A stretch of 64,000 bases of DNA, from the NCBI GenBank assembly GCA_950097015.1, contig CATNEN010000001.1, forward strand, positions 6,324,001 through 6,388,000, written 5' to 3'. The notes below the pieces were generated by a model, which did not search any database, was not told the DNA's origin, and worked only from the letters and a program-made list of their open reading frames with translations. Below are positions 1-13,295 of the stretch, in pieces. The stretch is from Macrostomum hystrix. Its lineage: Eukaryota; Animalia; Platyhelminthes. Numbering within the stretch: position 1 is the stretch's first letter; every line of letters starts with the position of its first letter. A program made the translations under genes and the position numbers.

Positions 1-2264
1 TTGATATATCTTCATCTCGGTTTGCGCTGAATCCTTTTTTAATTTTATCTCACTTATATATTCTGAGGACTGTCAGTATTTTATTTCTAGCTTTAGCTTC
101 TACTTTTTTCCCAAAGGCCAGTTAAATGAATTTCTGTTGAATTTCTATATTAATTCTATCTCGCTCTTTATATATTACTGTGAGTAGACAGAAAAACTTT
201 AGTTCAATTTTTGTCTCCCTGTTTCATTTGCGTACACGGCTAAAAGCTAATAAATGTCATTTGGTTTATGCCACGGTCCTCTTTCTTCTTCTCTGTAGTT
301 TTTTGCATCCTTTTTAAAAGTCCCAATCTGTTTCTTCTCGTTTTAGAGATGGATTACATAGAAGTCAATGCGCACATTTTCTAGAAGCTCTTCTTTAGCT
401 TTTCGGGCGTGCTTAAGTAATCTCTGTATAGTACTAAGAGTAGAAGTCGCGTATGTCTGACAAACATACTAATCATTTTTGTTGTGGCCGCTTTCAACTG
501 CAATTATTCAAACTGCGCACATACACTATCGGCAATATATTATTCAAAAGTTTATTATACATTTAACGACTGTTCAATATAAAGCCAGTTGCAATATGTT
601 AGTTTTGACTGCACTACTATTTAGTGCGCGATAAATTATATGTTGCAATACGTAGTTAACATCATTAAAAACTATAGATTTTGAGAATTGTATAGCTTTT
701 TTATTTTTTACTAATTGGTTATCCAAAATATTTAAAACGACATTTTTAAAGCAATTTTTCCGACTTATACTAGACTAATTAAATACTTAGATTAATTCAT
801 CTGGTAGCCGGAAAAATATTGAATTGTAAATTATTTGGGTCTGATTCTTTTTCAGTTGCCGATAACCATGCGTAAAAGTATCCTCCTACTATCTAATACA
901 ATTGATTCAATGCAAGCATTTAGCCGGGGCATTCATTTTTGTCGTTTGGGGTCAGAAAATTCCACTAGAGCCTTTATTTTAGCTCTGGAGTGCGATTGGC
1001 TCTAGTGGCTCTTTGGCTCTTGGCTCTTTAAAACTCTAAAAACCTTTCTGTTTTTTCTAAAACAAAAACGCAGCGATAAATATTTTCACTTTCTGGAATC
1101 CTCATCACGACATATCTAGGCAGTAGATACGGTAGATACGCAGCTTTTTAATACGTTTTCGTTTGTTCTAAGCTGTACAGCGATATTTTAAATTTTCTTA
1201 GAAATATCGGAGAATAAGGCTGCTGCTTCATATTAAATGATAATAGTTCTGAGCTTCTACTATATTTTATATGAACTTAAACAGTTGTTATTTTTTATGT
1301 CAAATATTTTCCCACCAGAATTATCTCAATGCAATGTAGCTGAAAAATGTTATATATATAATCTATGATGAATCAACTTAGACTATCCACTAATTGTCAG
1401 CATAATGCACCCCTAAGCTTTTTCTGCCACTAAGAGAGTTCTGTTGCAAATTTATTCATTAATAATATATTTAGCTGTGCTAATAATCTTTAGAAAATGT
1501 TTGTTTTTAAGTAAGGATCTTATGAATAGTGCTAAATTGACAAGTCAAGGGCCTAATGCCATAGTGGCACAAGAACATGTGCCATTGAAATAAGAATTTT
1601 ATTTTTAGTGCCCTACAAGCCACAAGTCATACTATTTAAGTGATACCTGCACATAAAAATATTTCTTATATTATTATTCTTCCAAAATACCAGGCCACTA
1701 GCAAAATCTTAAAAGTTCCATGACTGTTGAAATAAAAACTTCAATTAAAGCTTCAGCTATTTTTCTTAGTCATTTAAAAAATAGAGCTCTAATCTATAAA
1801 GACAACTTGTATCATATTAATTTATTTATTGGATTATAAGTCAAAAGCCATACTTTTTGCATAAGCTCTTATCTTAGCTCAAAGTCTGTAAGAAAGCTAA
1901 GCAAAATATATTATAAAGTGGAATTTGGTATAAAACCAAATGGACTCTTTAAAAAGTTTAAATAACTTATGTTTAATTAAATAGAATACCTAGCAAGAAA
2001 AAAATTTGATTCATTTTATTAACCAATTTCATAGATATTATATGTATGCATATTTCTAGATTTCTAGATTTAATGTAGTTTTTTATAATTTGCTGTAGTA
2101 TCTTAGTTTCAGTTGTTGAAGATAAACAAGTATTTAACTTTCAGATAAAAGTTTATATAGAGCCAAATGATCCAACATTTTATGTTTAAAATTTTCTAGC
2201 TACAGTTCATTTTTGTATGTAGAAAAAAGCTATAACTTAGAGCCAAGTAGTGTTTGAGAAACCT

Positions 2265-2465
2265 TGAGGCCCAGTGGTTTGAGCTTTGCATGTCTAACTG
2301 AGAGGTTGCAAGTTTGAATTCCCACATAAAGAAAGCAACAAAGTGTGTCTTCAGTTCATTTATATACAGCCAAAAATAGGTACCAAATTTGTTGTGGTAG
2401 CAATTTGGATGCATGTGGTGTCCCTTGGACTAAGTAGCTGTACTCAATCTTTGAAAGCTGAGGAA
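2265..2465 (+). mobile_element. Old CpG-decayed SINE family B copy
   Basis: GGCCCAGTGGTT...GTTTGAATTCCC...CTTCAGTTCA...GGTACCA...TGTGGTGTCCCTTGGACT...AGCTGTAC in the family order. Confidence 0.6.
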
Positions 2466-3796
2466 TCATTTTTGAAATTTGAAAGTTGAAAGTTTTTTAG
2501 TGTTTTCATGCTACTCACTAACTGCTACTATCATTAGTGTATTTTTATCTTTTTGGGTGATTCTATAGTTTCCAGAAAGGAATTTTTTGTGATGGTTTGA
2601 CAATATGTGTTGCCTTTGAAAAGAAAAGTGGCTTTTTATATAGAGAGCTAGTAAAAACCACTTAATCTAGTTATTCAGACCTTCTATAGTAGTGGCCAGA
2701 TATACGAGTATAACCAGTGGCTCATCTCCACCTTAACCACTCAAATTATTTGCCACAGCTACTGATTACCTTTGCCTTACCTTAAAGTTGCCCATTTTCA
2801 GATGGTTTAACTGAAACAAAAGTCTTTTGTCTTGCAAAAGAAAATATATCGCCTTCTTAGACTAAGATTCTAACTCCTGACCTCTCAGGAATCTAATCTC
2901 TAGCCTGTGGGCTGGAATCTCATTCCGAAATCGAGTCTCATTCAAAAGGTAGTTTTATACTAACAGTTTATTATCAAATACCGAAAATCGTTATGAAATC
3001 TTTCGAATAACTGGCATCACTCGCCCACGCAATCCATGCCCCCATCTCTATGGCATCGTTTTATTCATTCTTAATCCTTTAGTCGGCTCTATGTTCTTGG
3101 CATAAATTTACTGTACGTGTTCCTGGTTGCCACTAGGGATTCACTCCGCTAGGCCCTATTAGCACATTTGGCTGAGGCCTATGCAAAACTATCTTCAGGC
3201 TTTCGATTCTAGCCTGCTTCGACTCGGGGCTTAACGTAATCCTTCGGTCTTAATCCTGAAGGATTTCCTGTTTTTTTTTCTCGCTTGCACTCTTGTTTCG
3301 TGTTTCTTCGAGTAATTTTCATTTCTCGTGCCTGGCTTTTTTGGGCGGCTGGGGATATTGAAGGCGGTGTTGAACGCCTATTTACTTTGCTCTTCTGTGG
3401 CAAGCGTTCTGTAGCTAGGTGCGTGGGTGCCTGGGGTGTGCGTTGGAACTAATCTAGAATCTAATAGAGGCGGCGGTGTTCATTTTCGATTCCAACATTA
3501 GGCAAGCCTCGCAGCAATGGGATAGAGTAGCTAGGTGTGCTAATCCATTTTTCATTTGGCGCTAATCTAAGATGCTGCCTTGTTGCAAATTGTTTCTCTT
3601 GAATTTCTCAGGAAAGTGTTGGCTCTCCATGCTCGCGAGCTGTTTTCAATTAAATTGAAAATTTAATGCTTAGGTCCCCTTCCTTAGCCAATTGGTACAT
3701 TGTGAACCTCGTAAGCCAAATTAGAGTCCAATGTATGACAGTAGTCCGACTTGATAAAGGATTGATTGGGGACCTTGAGAGAGATTAGGCACGTGA

Positions 3797-4334
3797 AAGA
3801 TGAGACAAAGGAGAGATAAGACACGGGAGAGATAAGACATGGGAGAGATGAGACACGGGAGAGATAAGACATGGGAGAGATGAGACACGGGATATATAAG
3901 ACACGGGATATATAAGACACGGGAGAGATAAGACACGGGATATATAAGACACGGGATATATAAGACACGGGATATATAAGACACGGGAGAGATAAGACAC
4001 GGGATATATAAGACACGGGATATATAAGACACGGGAGAGATAAGACACGGGATATATAAGACACGGGATATATAAGACACGGGATATATAAGACACGGGA
4101 GAGATGAGACACGGGAGAGATAAGGCACAGGAGAGATAAGACACGGGATATATAAGACACGGGAGAGATGAGACACGGGAGACATGACACGGGAGAGATG
4201 AGACACGGGAGAGATGAGGCACGGGAGAGATAAGACACGGGAGAGATGAGACACGGGAGAGATGAGACACGGGAGAGATGAGACACGGGAGAGATGAGAC
4301 ACGGGAGAGATAAGACACGGGAGATATAAGACAC
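3797..4334 (-). repeat. 16-bp minisatellite (CCGTGTCTYATMTMTC family), reverse orientation
   Basis: Direct tandem periodicity. Confidence 0.95.
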
Positions 4335-5229
4335 AATAAAGACGTGCGAGGATAAAAATGTCCAAAGGCAAAATCAGGTGCTGGGAAGGGCCAGCTTAGC
4401 GACCGTGAGCAAATTTAAATTATTTCCCAGTATGGTTTAGTATTAGCACATTTATAGTATTGTAGACACGCGTTTAAGTAACGAAGCTAATTTCATTATT
4501 GTCCAGCTCGGCTTAAACTGTCTCAACTATGTATCATGCAGAGAAAGGTAGGGAAGGTATGGCAAATTTGTGGTTATTTGTTCTCCCCCCTAGCTAAGTG
4601 ATTCGCCACAGGGAGCTCAAGACGAGACACAGCTGCAAGAAATGTTCTAGATCCGCTGAGGCAGGTGGCGGTTTCATGCTCGGATTGGGAATAGGGATGC
4701 TGGGCATAGTTTCGTGATGAATTTCGGCTGTTTTTTAGCCAGTCCCGCATTCTTTCTAAAGGCCTCTCTTCTTCACTCACTCACTCGGGCTAATGACAGG
4801 GCCGATGTAAGAAGGGGTTTAAGCTACAGCTATGTAGACTCAACGCAACAAGCACTGCACTGATTGCGCCTCAAGGCGGCTCACCTCAGCCTTCATCATC
4901 AATGCCGCCCTGTAATATCCTGTCCCATGTCCTTTGTCACTTTGTGTCGATGCAAAACATGATGCGGATGCTGCTGCTGCTGCTGCTACTGCTGCGAAAT
5001 GAAAAACAAGCAGATTTTCTAGACTAGCGTAGTTAAATCGAGTACTTGAATTCCGCCAGGTGTTTTCATGGAAGCATTTAGTCTTGCATTTCCTTCCTTG
5101 CTACTTTCCGCCGAATCATTTTGCATCTTGTCTTGCTGCTTGTAAATATGGCATTTCTGTCATTTCGGCATTCAAGACTATAGTGATTCCAATCATGATA
5201 TTTGCAATTCTGGCTGTGCGCACAAACAA

Positions 5230-5380
5230 ATCATTTGATGACAGTAGACACGCAGCTAGCGAGTAGTCAAAGTCAATTCTGCCGCTGACTCCTGAGCACA
5301 CACCGTACCGTACACAGGTGTTCATCCGCCCTGACTTTCTTATTTCCCTGGCGTTAATTGTACAAGAAGCCCCCAAGACT
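5230..5380 (-). mobile_element. SINE family A fragment
   Basis: GCTGACTCCTGAGCACACAC and CCCTGACTTTCT segments. Confidence 0.65.
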
Positions 5381-6139
5381 TCAAACTAGGGCCGTGCCTA
5401 AAAAATGAAAAATGTATTTTTCGGGTTGCTGTTATCGACGATCTTATATCCAATTTTGTTAGTCGGTAACATTTACTAAAACTTTGGTTTCGACGTCGGT
5501 TACGACCTAGGGCTGCATCTGAACGTACGTAATGCTAATGTGTGGTTCTGCCACATTCTTGTAGTTTAAAACTCGTAAAATATCCTTCCTTTCCTAGTGG
5601 GGGGTCTAATTGCCTGTGATAGGGTGAGCATAACAGACAATATTTTGAGTAATCTATTTTGGTTGTTTAAAAAATTGGGATTTATGGCCGACGTATTATT
5701 AATTATTCATAAGCCATCTATCTACCCATGATGACCTATCTACAGTCGGGCGAGAGATTCTATTTTTAGATGACAATATCAGATAATAAAAGCATTGTAA
5801 AATGCTTATATAACCCTGCGGTGAGGCTAGCATGTCACATCGCTGAAAAACGTGAGCAGATAGTGGAGTAGGTTGAATAGCCACTTGTGGATGCCAGAAC
5901 CAGATTTTAATTTTTTGATCGTTCTTTAATTTGCTTGATCAAGAAGTTCCCAATGAGCTAGAAAATTTTATTACGTCTCCTCATGTTTTTTAATTTCGGT
6001 TTGACGTCTTCTTGAAAGACTGCACTATTTTTCTTCCTGGGGTAAGACCACGGGGCTATTTCAAATACCCCTGCCTACTTCACGATAGCTCCAAAACCCA
6101 TGACCGATGACCGTGAAGTTCCTCTATTTGGTTACGAAA

Positions 6140-6390
6140 TTTTCTGCCCTTTATGATGAACTAACTTTCAAAGCTTTCTGACGTCAACATCGTCGAGGTA
6201 TTCGCGATTTTTGTCGAACCTATTAGCAAGGACAACTAACATTGCTGTGTTTAAACCTCATTGTTTTTGGTGCTTCTTCGCACCAGACACGCCGACAAGA
6301 ATCGTTGAATATCTCGACGATGTCTATGTTATGTGATTCTGGAAGTTGTTTCATCGGATAGCGCAGAACATTTTAGCCCGTGTTCATGGC
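6140..6390. mobile_element. Degenerate palindromic MITE-like remnant
   Basis: Inverted arms about 6144-6217 and 6293-6366; the right arm resembles the 60-62 kb MITE (TTGAATATCTCGACG...TTGTTTCA...GCCCGTGTTC). Confidence 0.45.
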
Positions 6391-7099
6391 GATTAGTTGA
6401 ATATTTTGAGATCAGAAATATCTCGGAAATTTCTCGGTAATATATTTTCATTTCCTTTTGATTTTTGAGTGGTCTAGCGGTACCAGCGATGCATATTTAC
6501 AAACACCAACTCAGGCGTAAATAAGATTTGCGATAATAGGAAATAAAAGTTATCGATTTTCACAGACAGAACCGCATCTTTTGTATATGAGTTTAAATAT
6601 TAAAAGCTTTGTCGAATACTTCGAGAATTTGATCATTTAGCCTACGGCTCGTACCATGAGAGCAATTATCTCAGTCTCATGAAAATGTATAATTCCCTCC
6701 GACTCTAGCAACCTACTCTCGATGCCTTTAATTCGATTTCATCACGGGGTTCTTTCTATTCGCCTGATGAGCTGAATAGATGTTTTTAGCTACCCCCATT
6801 CCCTTAATGACAGATGCGTGCCTTGAATTTGGGCGACCAACAGCAGACAGGTGAAATGATAATGATTAGCAACTGCACAAGCAGCAGCAGCAGCAGCATC
6901 AAGTCGTGTTGCTTTTTGCGACAAATTTGTTAGTTTTACTAGATCACTGAATCATATTCCTCTTTGTAGCAAAAGTATTCAAACAAGAACCACTTTTTAC
7001 ACATAAAAAATAATTAGTGTGTGTGGTTGTGACACAGCAGTCAAGTTGATATGAACTCTTCTATGTTAATTTTAGGCTGATTGTAGCCATTGGTTAGCT

Positions 7100-7335
7100 A
7101 TTTGGTGACACTAGACCCGTAGCCAGCGAGGAGCCGATTCTGACTTTCTCATCGTCAGGCAGTGTACACTCTCACTGTGCCTTGGAGGTTAACCTTCAAA
7201 GACGTAAATTGCACGATAAGCCCCCGAAGCCTTCTCTCCGCGGCTGCGCCCCAAATTAATGTTACCTCACTGCGGAATCTCACAAGGCTCAGAGACCTTG
7301 GTGCGAGTAGCAAGCTCGTTAGACCGCTCACCTAC
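7100..7335 (-). mobile_element. SINE family A, internally deleted copy
   Basis: CTGACTTTCTCATCGTCAGGCAGTGTACAC core. Confidence 0.8.
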
Positions 7336-8374
7336 ATTTAACTGCTTTCATTTCACCAGATTTCGAGTTGCCAAATTTTGTTGACAAAAACGAAAAATAT
7401 AGCTTCATAGAACCTCGTTTAAAAGACCTTGAAAAATGACAATCGCACAGATGGTCAAATAAACAAAGGACAGTCTCATTAAAGAGGCCTTAAGGGCTAG
7501 TAGAGTAACTTTCCCATATGTCGTTGTTATTCAAATGAATGTAAACAAAAATGACGTGCTTCCTTTCAGCAGTAAAACTGTGTATATTGTTTCTTTACCG
7601 TGGGGACAAAGCTAACTTCGGTTTCTAAAAATAGCTCTATCACGTTAGGACCTCGTGTTAATTGACCTTGAGACGAAAAAGAGCGAGATATTGCAGATTA
7701 GTGCACGTGTTACGTGATATTTGTTCACTCTCAGTCTAAAAAACATAGCTCGTAAATTCAATATTGCATCCTTTGATATTGCAGTGCGCTTACCTAGTTT
7801 GCGTTAGTTTTTATAACGCAAATTTAAAAGATCCTCCAGGCAATATTTCTAATTGAATTCGTCTGCCGATATTTCACATTAGATAACTTGTATATTTCCA
7901 ATTTTTGCATTTTCTTCTTCTAGTTTTTTAATTCCTAAAGCTTAGTAAATGATATACCTTTCAGTTTGTCACATGTTTAATATATACACCTGATAGGCAT
8001 CTTTTATTTCGTCGTTGTTAGTTGCTTTTTCCGTATTTCAGTATACTATTTTTTTGCTTGTCATCCGCAGCCATTCACTGAATTGGCTTTTTCTCTTTTT
8101 CTCTCTTAAACCAATTTTTTTCTAGAGCCAGTGAGTTTATTCTCTGCCTTTCAGGAATATTTCATGGAGGCTGCGCGCGTGCTCTCGCATGTCCGCGTCA
8201 CAATTGCCTTCCTGCTTTTTTCTCCCTAACCTCTCTCCTTTATCCGTTTTCTTATTCCCAAATAAAAAAGCATTTTATCGGTCAGTGCGAAATCTAGGAT
8301 CCTAATAAAATAATATTACACGGATATGACTTTTTCGGAACAACTTCAGAAAGTCTTGTATATTGGTTACACTC

Positions 8375-8680
8375 AATAATAATTAATAATAATTGATTAC
8401 ACCTGACCCAATTGGGTCAGATGTGCAGCCGACAGCAGAGCCGCAGCAATTGCGCCGCGCATCTAAGGCTGCGTATGACTGCTCAGTCCATGGACTGGGG
8501 GACGCCACACCCACTCTCAATTACCCCAGCTGACGCTGGTACCCATTTTGCAGCTAAGTTAACTGAAGCAATGCAGAGTTAAGTGTCTTGCTAAAGGACA
8601 CAAAAATTATGTCAGTGGATTCGGAAATCGAACCCCCGACCTTGAATTCGAGTCCGACGCTCTAACCACTAGGCTTACAT
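8375..8680 (-). mobile_element. SINE family B, full length
   Basis: Reverse complement colinear with 55207-55506. Confidence 0.85.
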
Positions 8681-8714
8681 GTGGGTCTTAGCGACAGTCA
8701 GACAGATAAGTTGT

Positions 8715-8935
8715 ACAGGTGTGTACATCAGCCCTGACTTTCTCATCATCGGGCAGTGTACACTCCCACTTTGCCTTGATGTCTGGCAATCAATGACGTG
8801 AATTGCATGACAAGCCCCCACGCCTTCTCTACACGGCTGCGCCCCAAATAAATGAGGCCTCGCCGCGGAATCGAACTTTGGACATTAGTGAGACTCTGTG
8901 CGAGGGTCGGACATGATGCCGCTAGGCCACTCGCC
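8715..8935 (-). mobile_element. SINE family A, 3'-truncated copy
   Basis: Same core plus B box. Confidence 0.75.
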
Positions 8936-9619
8936 CCATTCATTACCTTTGACCTTAGAAATTGTGTAAATTTGAATATCTGTGAAAAGTTACCAATTAC
9001 CATTTCCGTTGAAAGCATCTACAAAAAAATTGCGTTAAACTTTTCCATCAATCAGCGATTTAGTCAACACTGTTTGCGGCCAACCTACAACATGCTGTCA
9101 ATCATATCTGTCAATCAGTAATAGTGCAGCTGTGTATATAGCATGCATCACCAGCAAACTATGGTTTAGGTGATAAAAAATGTGTTGGAAAACTCAACAC
9201 GCCTGATCGTTCCAGTGGAGTCGTGAATCGAACCCCCGACCGCTAGGCTACAAACCTCTACATTCTATGAAACTTATAAATGAGTTTCATTGCTAATATT
9301 TAAGGACGTCAGTTTTCTATGCTAGCTCTGTGCGATCATTAATTTGCGAACTATGTGTGCGGGTTATAATTGGTACAGTGATTGCACATGAACATGTTGT
9401 GATTGTCGAAAAAACGCCAGAAATATGACTACATAACAGTCATTTTTAGCTGTTTCTTAGTGAATCACCTACATATTCATGAGCTAAAAGCTAAATGACT
9501 TTCGCTAAACAGAAATCACTTACTTCGATTGTCAACTACTTGAAGTAAATTTGCAGTTTTATATAGGACTTTATAGTTTTCTCCTTCTCTATCTAGTATA
9601 ACACATTGTCTTAGCCCAG

Positions 9620-9727
9620 GGGCATTTCTGTGTTAGCTTAAGGACACATATTGTTCCAGAGGAATCGAGAATCGAACCCCCGACCTTCAAGTCGTGAGTC
9701 CCAATTTCTATGCTATGCTAGGCTATA
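9620..9727 (-). mobile_element. SINE family B 5' fragment (another at about 9208-9252)
   Basis: AAGGACACA...AATCGAACCCCCGACC. Confidence 0.65.
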
Positions 9728-10369
9728 CAGCCCCTTTGCAAGCTATGCAAGCATGACCAGTTCTGTATTACTCTTTGCTTTTTTACGTCTTTGCTTTTTT
9801 TAGAAAGCGATAAAGCTTCGGTGAAAGCGTTGCTCTCCGCCTTTGAGGGAAGGCTGCAGAGATCAAGCCTTGGCTAAGATTGTTCAGCCTTGTGGAAATT
9901 GCGCGAGCCTCTTCCGTGTCCTAATCGTTGAGGAAGAGGCCGGCCCGCCCCTATCTTCGTTTGAGTGTCTCGCCTCGTCTTTTGTGCCTTCACTGGCTCT
10001 TCTCTGGTTTCTCATACGGCAGATTTTTATCTATAAGCGTTTCGCATTATCTCGATTACAGTCTTTTATCTTTTAGCTGTTGTTCTTCTTGTAGGTTTTT
10101 TGTTTACAAATTGGGCCACTGACCTTGCGATTCTGAATGAGATTTTGTACACTGCAAATCAGCCTTTTAAATCTGATTGCTAAAAAGTTTTTTTTTAGTA
10201 AAACGATTTACTAACAATCGTTTTAAAAGTTAGCATGAACTCTCACTTCCCAATGTATGCTATCGCAATCTATCCCCTTCCAACTTATCCCATCTCATCC
10301 CACCCACTCTAATCCCATCCACTCAATTTTATCCCAGTTATTCCAACCCATACATTCAATTCACTCAAA

Positions 10370-11935
10370 TCTAATCCCATTAATCTCATCCACTCTAATC
10401 CCATTCACTCTAATCTCATCCACTCTAATCCCATTCACTCTAATCTCATCCACTCTAATCCCATTCACTCTAATCTCATCCACTCTAATCCCATTCACTC
10501 TAATCTCATCCACTCTAATCCCATTCACTCTAATCTCATCCACTCTAATCCCATCCTTCTCTAATCCCATTCACTCTAATCCCATCCACTCTAAACCCAT
10601 CCACTCTAATCCCATCCACTCTAAACCCATCCACTCTAGACCCATTCACTCTAATCCCATTCACTCTAATCCCATCCACTCTAATCCCATCCTTCTCTAA
10701 TCCCATTCACTCTAATCTCATCCACTCTAATCTCATCCACTCTAATCTCATCCACTCTAAATCCATCCAATCTAATCCCATTCACTCTAATCCCATCCAC
10801 TCTAATCCCATCCACTCTAAACCCAATTACTCTAAACCCAATTACTCTAAACCCATCCACTCTAAACCCATCCAATCTAATACCATCTACTCTAATCCCA
10901 TTCACTCTAAACCCATTCACTCTAAACCCATTCGCTCTAAACCCATCCAATCTAAACCCATTCACTCTAAACCCATCCACTCTAAACCCATCCACTCTAA
11001 ACCCATTCACTCTAAACCCATCCAATCTAATACCATCTACTCTAATCCCATTCACTCTAAACCCATCCACTCTAAACCCATTCACTCTAAACCCATTCGC
11101 TCTAAACCCATCCACTCTAAACCCATTCACTCTAAACCCATTCGCTCTAATCCCATCCACTCTAAACCCATTCACTCTAAACCCATCCACTCTAATCCCA
11201 TCCACTCTAATACCATATACTCTAATCCCATTCACTCTAATCCCATTCACTCTAAACCCAATTACTCTAAACCGATTCGCTCTAAACCCATTCACTCTAA
11301 ACCTATCCACTCTAAACCCATCCACTCTAATCCCATCCACTCTAATACCATATACTCTAATCCCATTCACTCTAATCCCATTCACTCTAAACCCAATTAC
11401 TCTAAACCGATTCGCTCTAAACCCATTCACTCTAAACCTATCCACTCTAAACCCATCCAATCTAATACCATCTACTCTAATCCCATTCACTCTAAACCCA
11501 TTCACTCTAAACCCATTCGCTCTAAACCCATCCACTCTAAACCCATCCACTCTAAACCCATTCACTCTAAACCCATTCGCTCTAAACCCATCCACTCTAA
11601 ACCCATTCACTCTAAACCCATTCGCTCTAATCCCATCCACTCTAAACCCATTCACTCTAAACCCATCCACTCTAATCCCATCCACTCTAATACCATATAC
11701 TCTAATCCCATTCACTCTAATCCCATTCACTCTAAACCCAATTACTCTAAACCGATTCGCTCTAAACCCATTCACTCTAAACCTATCCACTCTAAACCCA
11801 TCCAATCTAATACCATCTACTCTAATCCCATTCACTCTAAACCCATCCACTCTAAACCCATTCGCTCTAAACCTATCCACTCTAAACCCATCCACTCTAG
11901 ACCCATCCAATCTAATCCCACTCACCCTAATCTTA
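10370..11935. repeat. 15-bp minisatellite (CACTCTAAWCCCATY)
   Basis: Tandem; block 11101-11320 recurs 480 bp later. Confidence 0.95.
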
Positions 11936-12821
11936 TCCGATCTATCCACCTACTTCTTTTTATCTTATGCCACTCTACCCGATGTCACTCAATTTAATTT
12001 TATTTTATTCCCTAAATCCCAATATCCCTAATAGCTTAAAATAAAATATAAAACTATCTTTAAGAACTCTAATTTTCGTATCTGATCCATAGACCACTTG
12101 CTCAAGAGACTAGCTGGATCTTTCAGATTATACTCGTACGTCAGAGAAAAATGATTCGGTGCTGGTTCACCGCGGGTTCTGCCTGATATGTCTCGATAAT
12201 TATGAGGCCCTTAAATATTTCAAAGCAGTCCTTCATGTCTATTATTTTGTTAAATTTGCTGCCTAATAGCGCGAAATTTCTGCTTTGCTCGCCTATTATT
12301 ATGCAACTCTGCATTGCCGCTGACTTGAAAAAACAGACTAGGAAATGGGCATCTGTGGAGACTTAATTGCAGCCCTAGTCTATAGTTCTCCGTATTTCTT
12401 ATCTTCCTTCTACTCTCTAATTTCTCCCATAATAGCACTGGCGCGATTTCCTGACGGGACACTTTCTATTGAGTCAAAATTCTCATTTGTGTCTTGTCTG
12501 CCTTTATTTTAATCCGGCCTCTTTTAGAAGAACACAGATCGTTGTCCGGCACTTGGTTAGTTTTCGTTTGAAGCTAGTTTTACTTTATTCGAAAGATTTT
12601 TGTTTGAGCTTGTTTACTTCGTTTTTTAAACAACGCCCAAAACTATACAGTTGCTTGATTTAAAGGAAATATTGTGAAATTTCTTGATCCATTTACTAAG
12701 CTGATTCTTTATTTTAAGGCCCTGTACAAAATCCACTTATCTACAAGCTATCGCAGAAGTTTCTTTTGGTTTAGTTAACAAGTCTCAAAAAAAAGTTTGA
12801 GATTCAGTCTTTTGATATAAA

Positions 12822-12974
12822 AGATCGGGAGTTCGAATCTCATCTAATAGGAAATCGAGCTATTGTGCTAGTGCACCGCCCCCAGTCCATGGACTGAACG
12901 GCTGTACACAACCTTTGGAAGAGCTGCGCAATAGCTGCGGCTGTTACTGGCTGTACATTTGGCCCTTCTGGGCT
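12822..12974 (+). mobile_element. SINE family B, deleted copy
   Basis: B-box remnant plus 3' half. Confidence 0.65.
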
Positions 12975-13295
12975 AATAATAATACTTGCAGGATGGCTGC
13001 GGGCTCTGGCACAGGCAGTTCTGTCCATTTCGCTGACTCCTGAGCACACACGCACACAGATACCGTACGCAGGCATACGCTCACACAGGTGTGTACAACT
13101 GCCCTGACTTTCTCATCGTCAGGCAGTGTACACTCTCACTGTGCCTTGGAGGTTGGCCCTCAAGGGCGTGAATTGCACGACAAGCCCCCAAGCCTTCTCT
13201 CTGCGGCTGCGCCACAAATGAATGTGGCCTCGCCGCGGAATCGAGCTCAGGGATATTGGGGCCAGAGGCAAACGCGTTAACCGCTCTGCCACCTA
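12975..13295 (-). mobile_element. SINE family A copy
   Basis: Colinear with 56770-57128. Confidence 0.85.

Noticed and set aside
3684-4371. Overlapping [16 protein letters not shown]-type ORFs (also at 28.0-28.5, 37.4-39.9 and 52.7-54.3 kb)
   Set aside because: The unit lacks stops on one strand, so all three frames are open and give the same periodic peptide; unit-length variants shift frame freely.
7420-7800. Helitron-like 3' end (GACCTTGA motifs, ...CTAG followed by TTT); similar at about 34880-34906
   Set aside because: No convincing terminal hairpin or 5' end and no second copy in the window.
10681-11949. Pentapeptide-like (GFRVD/N)n ORF and telomere-like CTAAACCC words
   Set aside because: A 15-bp satellite; not a TTAGGG/TTTAGGG array, and no unique coding sequence is attached.
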